A stretch of DNA of 64,000 nucleotides from Candidatus Nomurabacteria bacterium (lineage in GTDB: Bacteria; Patescibacteriota; Saccharimonadia; Saccharimonadales; VXPC01): NCBI GenBank assembly GCA_020631905.1, contig JACKGQ010000001.1, positions 101,854-165,853 on the forward strand, written 5' to 3'. Numbering within the stretch: position 1 is the first letter of the stretch; each line of letters opens with the position of its first letter. Below are positions 60,834 through 64,000 of this stretch, piece by piece. The notes beneath the pieces were generated by a model that was not told the origin of the DNA, did not search any database, and worked only from the letters and a program-made list of their open reading frames with translations. The position numbers and the translations under genes are program-made.

Positions 60834-61814
60834 CTATATTAACTTAGTCGCGAGTGCCAAGTATACCAATAGATAAATCGAGCCTTCCCAGGCATGAATT
60901 CGTCGAGTAATCCCGCTAACCACCAGAAGCATACTAGCCAGTACCAAGCCACCAATCGACCACCACACCAAACTTTCGCTTATGTGTTGATCGGCAACCA
61001 GACTAGAAACGCCACCTACCATTAATATATTAAAAATACTTGATCCTAAAATATTGCCTAAAACCACATCGCCCTGACCCCTCCGCAGTGCCTTGAGGCT
61101 AACAACAAGCTCTGGCAAACTGGTGCCGATTGCCAGCGTGAAGAATGTTAATTTATCAACCTGATAGTTAACGTGCTCGACTATCTGAAGTAAATTATCA
61201 ACAGCCAATTTTGAGGCAAGCCCCAGCAGAATCAACGAGGCGCATAACATAAAGATACTCGTTGCTAAATTTTGCTTTGGCTTTACATCTATCTCGACAA
61301 CTTGCCGATCGGTGCCTTTTATAAGGCTCGCCACCAGTCCGACTAAGCCCTGATGGTACTCATTCTTTTCTCGATATGTGATTGTGTAAAGCACATAGCC
61401 GAAGAAACCCGTTAATAGCAACACACCATCAAAACTAGATAAATTGCCATCCGAAATCATTATTCCGAACAACGAGGTTACGCCAATCAAAAGTGGCAGA
61501 TCGATATCAATTAGGTCTTTGTCGAAATTAATCGTACCCATAAAAAAGGTGCTGATGCCTAGTATCACTAAGATATTGGCGAGGTTCGAGCCGACAATAT
61601 TGGCGATGGCTACATGGTTCACTCCGTCTATCACAGAAGCCAAGCTAGTGGTAAGCTCTGGCAAGCTGGTACCAAAACCAACTAGCAGTACGCCTAACAC
61701 AAAAGGCGATAGACCTAGCCTAACTCCAATCGACTCTGCTGCGGCCAGAAACCAGTCAGCGGCTTTTACCACTACCAATAGGCCGAGCACTAACATAGAT
61801 ATCTCAAAAATCAT
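60834..61814 (-). CDS. Ca2+/cation antiporter (CaCA family, YrbG-like)
   Basis: Two alpha-repeats, GFGTSLPELTTSL and AIGTSLPELVVSL, in a protein of about 10 TM helices. Confidence 0.85.
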   Translation of the reverse strand: MIFEISMLVLGLLVVVKAADWFLAAAESIGVRLGLSPFVLGVLLVGFGTSLPELTTSLASVIDGVNHVAIANIVGSNLANILVILGISTFFMGTINFDKDLIDIDLPLLIGVTSLFGIMISDGNLSSFDGVLLLTGFFGYVLYTITYREKNEYHQGLVGLVASLIKGTDRQVVEIDVKPKQNLATSIFMLCASLILLGLASKLAVDNLLQIVEHVNYQVDKLTFFTLAIGTSLPELVVSLKALRRGQGDVVLGNILGSSIFNILMVGGVSSLVADQHISESLVWWSIGGLVLASMLLVVSGITRRIHAWEGSIYLLVYLALATKLI

Positions 61815-63040
61815 GTCTTGCTCTTTCCTGTTCTAAGTATTTTAAACTTTTCAAAAACCATAAAGATTGTCACCGTTCCGGCTGCCACGGTAGCGTAGCG
61901 CAAAACCTCCATCTGATTGTCGAAATAGCTAAGGGCGAGAATGATTAAAATGATAAAAGGTATCCTAAATATATGAACCAGATTCTCGAGCATAACCATG
62001 TAGGCTATCCTCTGGCCTGGAAAGTTGTCTGTCTCGCTATAGAAGCCTTTTCCTAGTGGAATTTGACGAATCGTTAGTGCCTGGGCATCAAAAAAACTGT
62101 TTGCGGCAACAGCCATGGGCGTGTTTACGAAAATTTTGGTCAAGCTAAACACAACTCCGCCATATGCACCAATTCTCATATACTTTGGCCCCTTGCCAAG
62201 ATCCGTCTGGTTACCGATATACTTGGCTAGAATGATCGAAAGAAGTGTAGTCACTGTAGCCAACACGCCGATGTATGCATAGACATCGTTCCTAAAGACG
62301 GCTATACCAATAAATAGTACCCAGGTGATACTGGATAAGACGGTCCCTAAGTTTATGGCCAAAATGGCCAAGATATTGGCCTTACTGCTAACAAGTTTCT
62401 GGGTAATCCCTCCGTAGAACACATGTTGGTTTAGCTTAACTGGTTCCCCGCTCAAGAATAGCGGCACCAGAGACAGCATTAGCAAAGCAATCGATACTCC
62501 AACGCTCAGACGCACATCAACCAAAGTAGCCAGTATCCCGCCGACTAACGGGCCAATCATGCCAAAGATTTTCTCTAGCACAACCATGTGACTAAATTCT
62601 TTGCCGGCGTCACTTGTCTGTTTGATTTTAGAGAAGTCTACATGATAGGCGGTGAAAAACAGCGAATTTGCAATCGACTGAACAACACTCAGCAGCAATA
62701 TCGGCCAGCCAAAGCTCTTTAGACTAACAAGCAAGATCATGTAGGTTGTTTCGGCTATGGTGCTAATAGCGATTGTGTGCTTTGGTCCGATTTTCCCAAT
62801 CACATACCCGGCAATAAAGTTTGCCGGGATACGAACAAGACTAAAGACCAAAAAATACCACATAATTGCTGTCAAGCTATATCCCAGGTTATAGAGATAG
62901 AGCGGCAAGAATACACTAACCATACTCAATGCCAATGTTCGAACGCTCATGCTTGTGTAGAGCTCAGCAATCTCACTGTGTCCTATATCGCGCCAATGGT
63001 ATCTCTTAACGACAGAGTTATGTATTATGCGCCTAATCAT
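61811..63040 (-). CDS. MFS-type transporter
   Basis: 409 aa with about 12 TM helices. It overlaps both neighbours by 4 and 8 nt. Substrate unknown. Confidence 0.6.
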   Translation of the reverse strand: MIRRIIHNSVVKRYHWRDIGHSEIAELYTSMSVRTLALSMVSVFLPLYLYNLGYSLTAIMWYFLVFSLVRIPANFIAGYVIGKIGPKHTIAISTIAETTYMILLVSLKSFGWPILLLSVVQSIANSLFFTAYHVDFSKIKQTSDAGKEFSHMVVLEKIFGMIGPLVGGILATLVDVRLSVGVSIALLMLSLVPLFLSGEPVKLNQHVFYGGITQKLVSSKANILAILAINLGTVLSSITWVLFIGIAVFRNDVYAYIGVLATVTTLLSIILAKYIGNQTDLGKGPKYMRIGAYGGVVFSLTKIFVNTPMAVAANSFFDAQALTIRQIPLGKGFYSETDNFPGQRIAYMVMLENLVHIFRIPFIILIILALSYFDNQMEVLRYATVAAGTVTIFMVFEKFKILRTGKSKT

Positions 63041-63461
63041 GTCTGTCTAATTTCAAAAGCCGTTGCTTAAATTCCTCAAACTCTTTTGATAAACCAAGAA
63101 TTTTAAGGCTACCAAGCAGCACGTATAAATCGTCGATATTATCACTGGCGTGAAAATGATTTGCCACCTGTCCGACAAACCAAGCTTTACCCGACATATT
63201 ACTAGCTGAAGACACGGAGTCGGCCTGTGCTCCACCGACTACCTCTAGACTACGGGCGCTGTTCAGGCGTTTGACTAGATGTCCCCTTTTAATAAGATTA
63301 TTGACATGTGCTGCAACCGTTGCAACAGAGTTATAGCTACAGCCAGACATAATCTCTCTGTAGCTAGGGCTATAGCCATGTTCTTCTATAAATTGAGCAA
63401 TAAAGTCGAGCAGCTCTTTCTGCTTTTTGGTTGGTCTTGTTTTCGAATTATGTTCACCCAT
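63033..63461 (-). CDS. LexA-N-terminal-type winged-helix DNA-binding protein lacking the S24 peptidase domain
   Basis: PTKKQKELLDFIAQFIEEHGYSPSYREIMSGCSYNSVATVAAHVNNLIKRGHLVK resembles the LexA DNA-binding domain. The C-terminal 60 aa have no Ser/Lys peptidase motifs. Confidence 0.6.
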   Translation of the reverse strand: MGEHNSKTRPTKKQKELLDFIAQFIEEHGYSPSYREIMSGCSYNSVATVAAHVNNLIKRGHLVKRLNSARSLEVVGGAQADSVSSASNMSGKAWFVGQVANHFHASDNIDDLYVLLGSLKILGLSKEFEEFKQRLLKLDRHD

Positions 63462-63502
63462 GTTTAAGGGTTATGCTAACAGTTAATAGCCCGAGGTTCA
63501 AG

Positions 63503-64000
63503 CTAGGTAGTCCCCCTGCCCCCCAAAACAACTCTGAATGTCTTGATAATGATTTTGAGGTCGAGCCAAGGTGTCCAGTTCTGAACATAATAGAGTTCTA
63601 GATTTATGCGTTCGTCGAAAGTTAAATTATTCCGCCCAGACACCTGCCATAAACCAGTTATCCCACCCTTTACACTCAAGACTACGTCACCTCCAGCTTG
63701 TTTACGATATTCTTTGGCCTGTTCGGCAGTCATCGGCCTAGGACCAACAATACTTAGTTCACCTTTTAGCACGTTTAGCAGCTGAGGCAATTCATCTATA
63801 CTGCTGCGTCTTAAGAAATGAGAGAATTTACTAACACGTGGATCATCTTTAACCGATCCAAACTCTTTTAGTTCTGGCAACAAATCCTGCCTCCCCATTG
63901 CTTCAAAAGCCGCTTCATCATCTTTGAAAGGTTGATTAGGACCGGTGCAGTATTTGTAGTTCATCGTTCTAAATTTATAAATACCAAACTCAGTGCCAAA
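63503..64000 (-). CDS. Bacterial sugar (undecaprenyl-phosphate hexose-1-phosphate) transferase, C-terminal part; gene continues past the window end
   Basis: DELPQLLNVLKGELSIVGPRP...GLWQVSGRN. The frame stays open upstream of the track's ATG, reading ...FGIYKFRTM, the conserved motif of this family. Confidence 0.8.
   Translation of the reverse strand, partial: FGTEFGIYKFRTMNYKYCTGPNQPFKDDEAAFEAMGRQDLLPELKEFGSVKDDPRVSKFSHFLRRSSIDELPQLLNVLKGELSIVGPRPMTAEQAKEYRKQAGGDVVLSVKGGITGLWQVSGRNNLTFDERINLELYYVQNWTPWLDLKIIIKTFRVVLGGRGTT

Noticed and set aside
1-64000. CRISPR arrays, rRNA genes, transposases, integrases, toxin-antitoxin pairs
   Set aside because: I found no regularly spaced direct repeats, no rRNA-like conserved stretches and no ORF with recombinase, transposase or cas-like motifs. 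This absence is from reading by eye, so a formal scan could still find small elements.

Overview
The window is densely coding on both strands. GC is about 45% by my spot counts of 60-nt lines, with an AT-richer block (about 32-40%) at roughly 51.3-58.1 kb. Gene content fits a small-genome monoderm bacterium of the CPR/Patescibacteria type, possibly Saccharibacteria-like; this is inference only. Supporting genes include a type IV pseudopilin operon, an archaeal/eukaryotic-type AspRS, a MurC-like ligase, DivIC/FtsB and many membrane-anchored orphan proteins. There is also much extracytoplasmic thiol-disulfide chemistry: CcdA, a DsbA-like protein, a flavoprotein disulfide reductase and a glutaredoxin-like protein. 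I found three tRNAs (CAT elongator-type, initiator Met, Asn-GTT) and no rRNA, CRISPR array, transposase or integrase. The main observations are listed below.
1. A seven-gene minus-strand operon (32873-42220) encodes a 1262-aa secreted protein with six phage tail-collar/MdpB-like HxH modules. It also encodes a smaller secreted protein with the same C-terminal domain and two paralogous membrane-anchored Ig-fold partners. The layout recalls Firmicute WxL/DUF916 surface-complex loci and is my best candidate for an undescribed surface assembly or host-attachment system.
2. A bacterial NOX/ferric-reductase homolog is translationally coupled to a surface protein with a cytochrome b5-like domain.
3. 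The tRNA-Asn locus carries a 293-bp GIY-YIG mini-element flanked by 14-nt repeats of the tRNA 5' end. Downstream tRNA 3'-end copies bound gene islets, including an AT-rich Fur/Zur-box-controlled metal cluster.
4. An SQR-like / TusE / DsrE / DoxX sulfur cluster is present.
5. A -10 box lies 6-7 nt upstream of the start codon of at least nine genes, suggesting leaderless mRNAs.
All functional calls come from motif recognition by eye; no database search was run.
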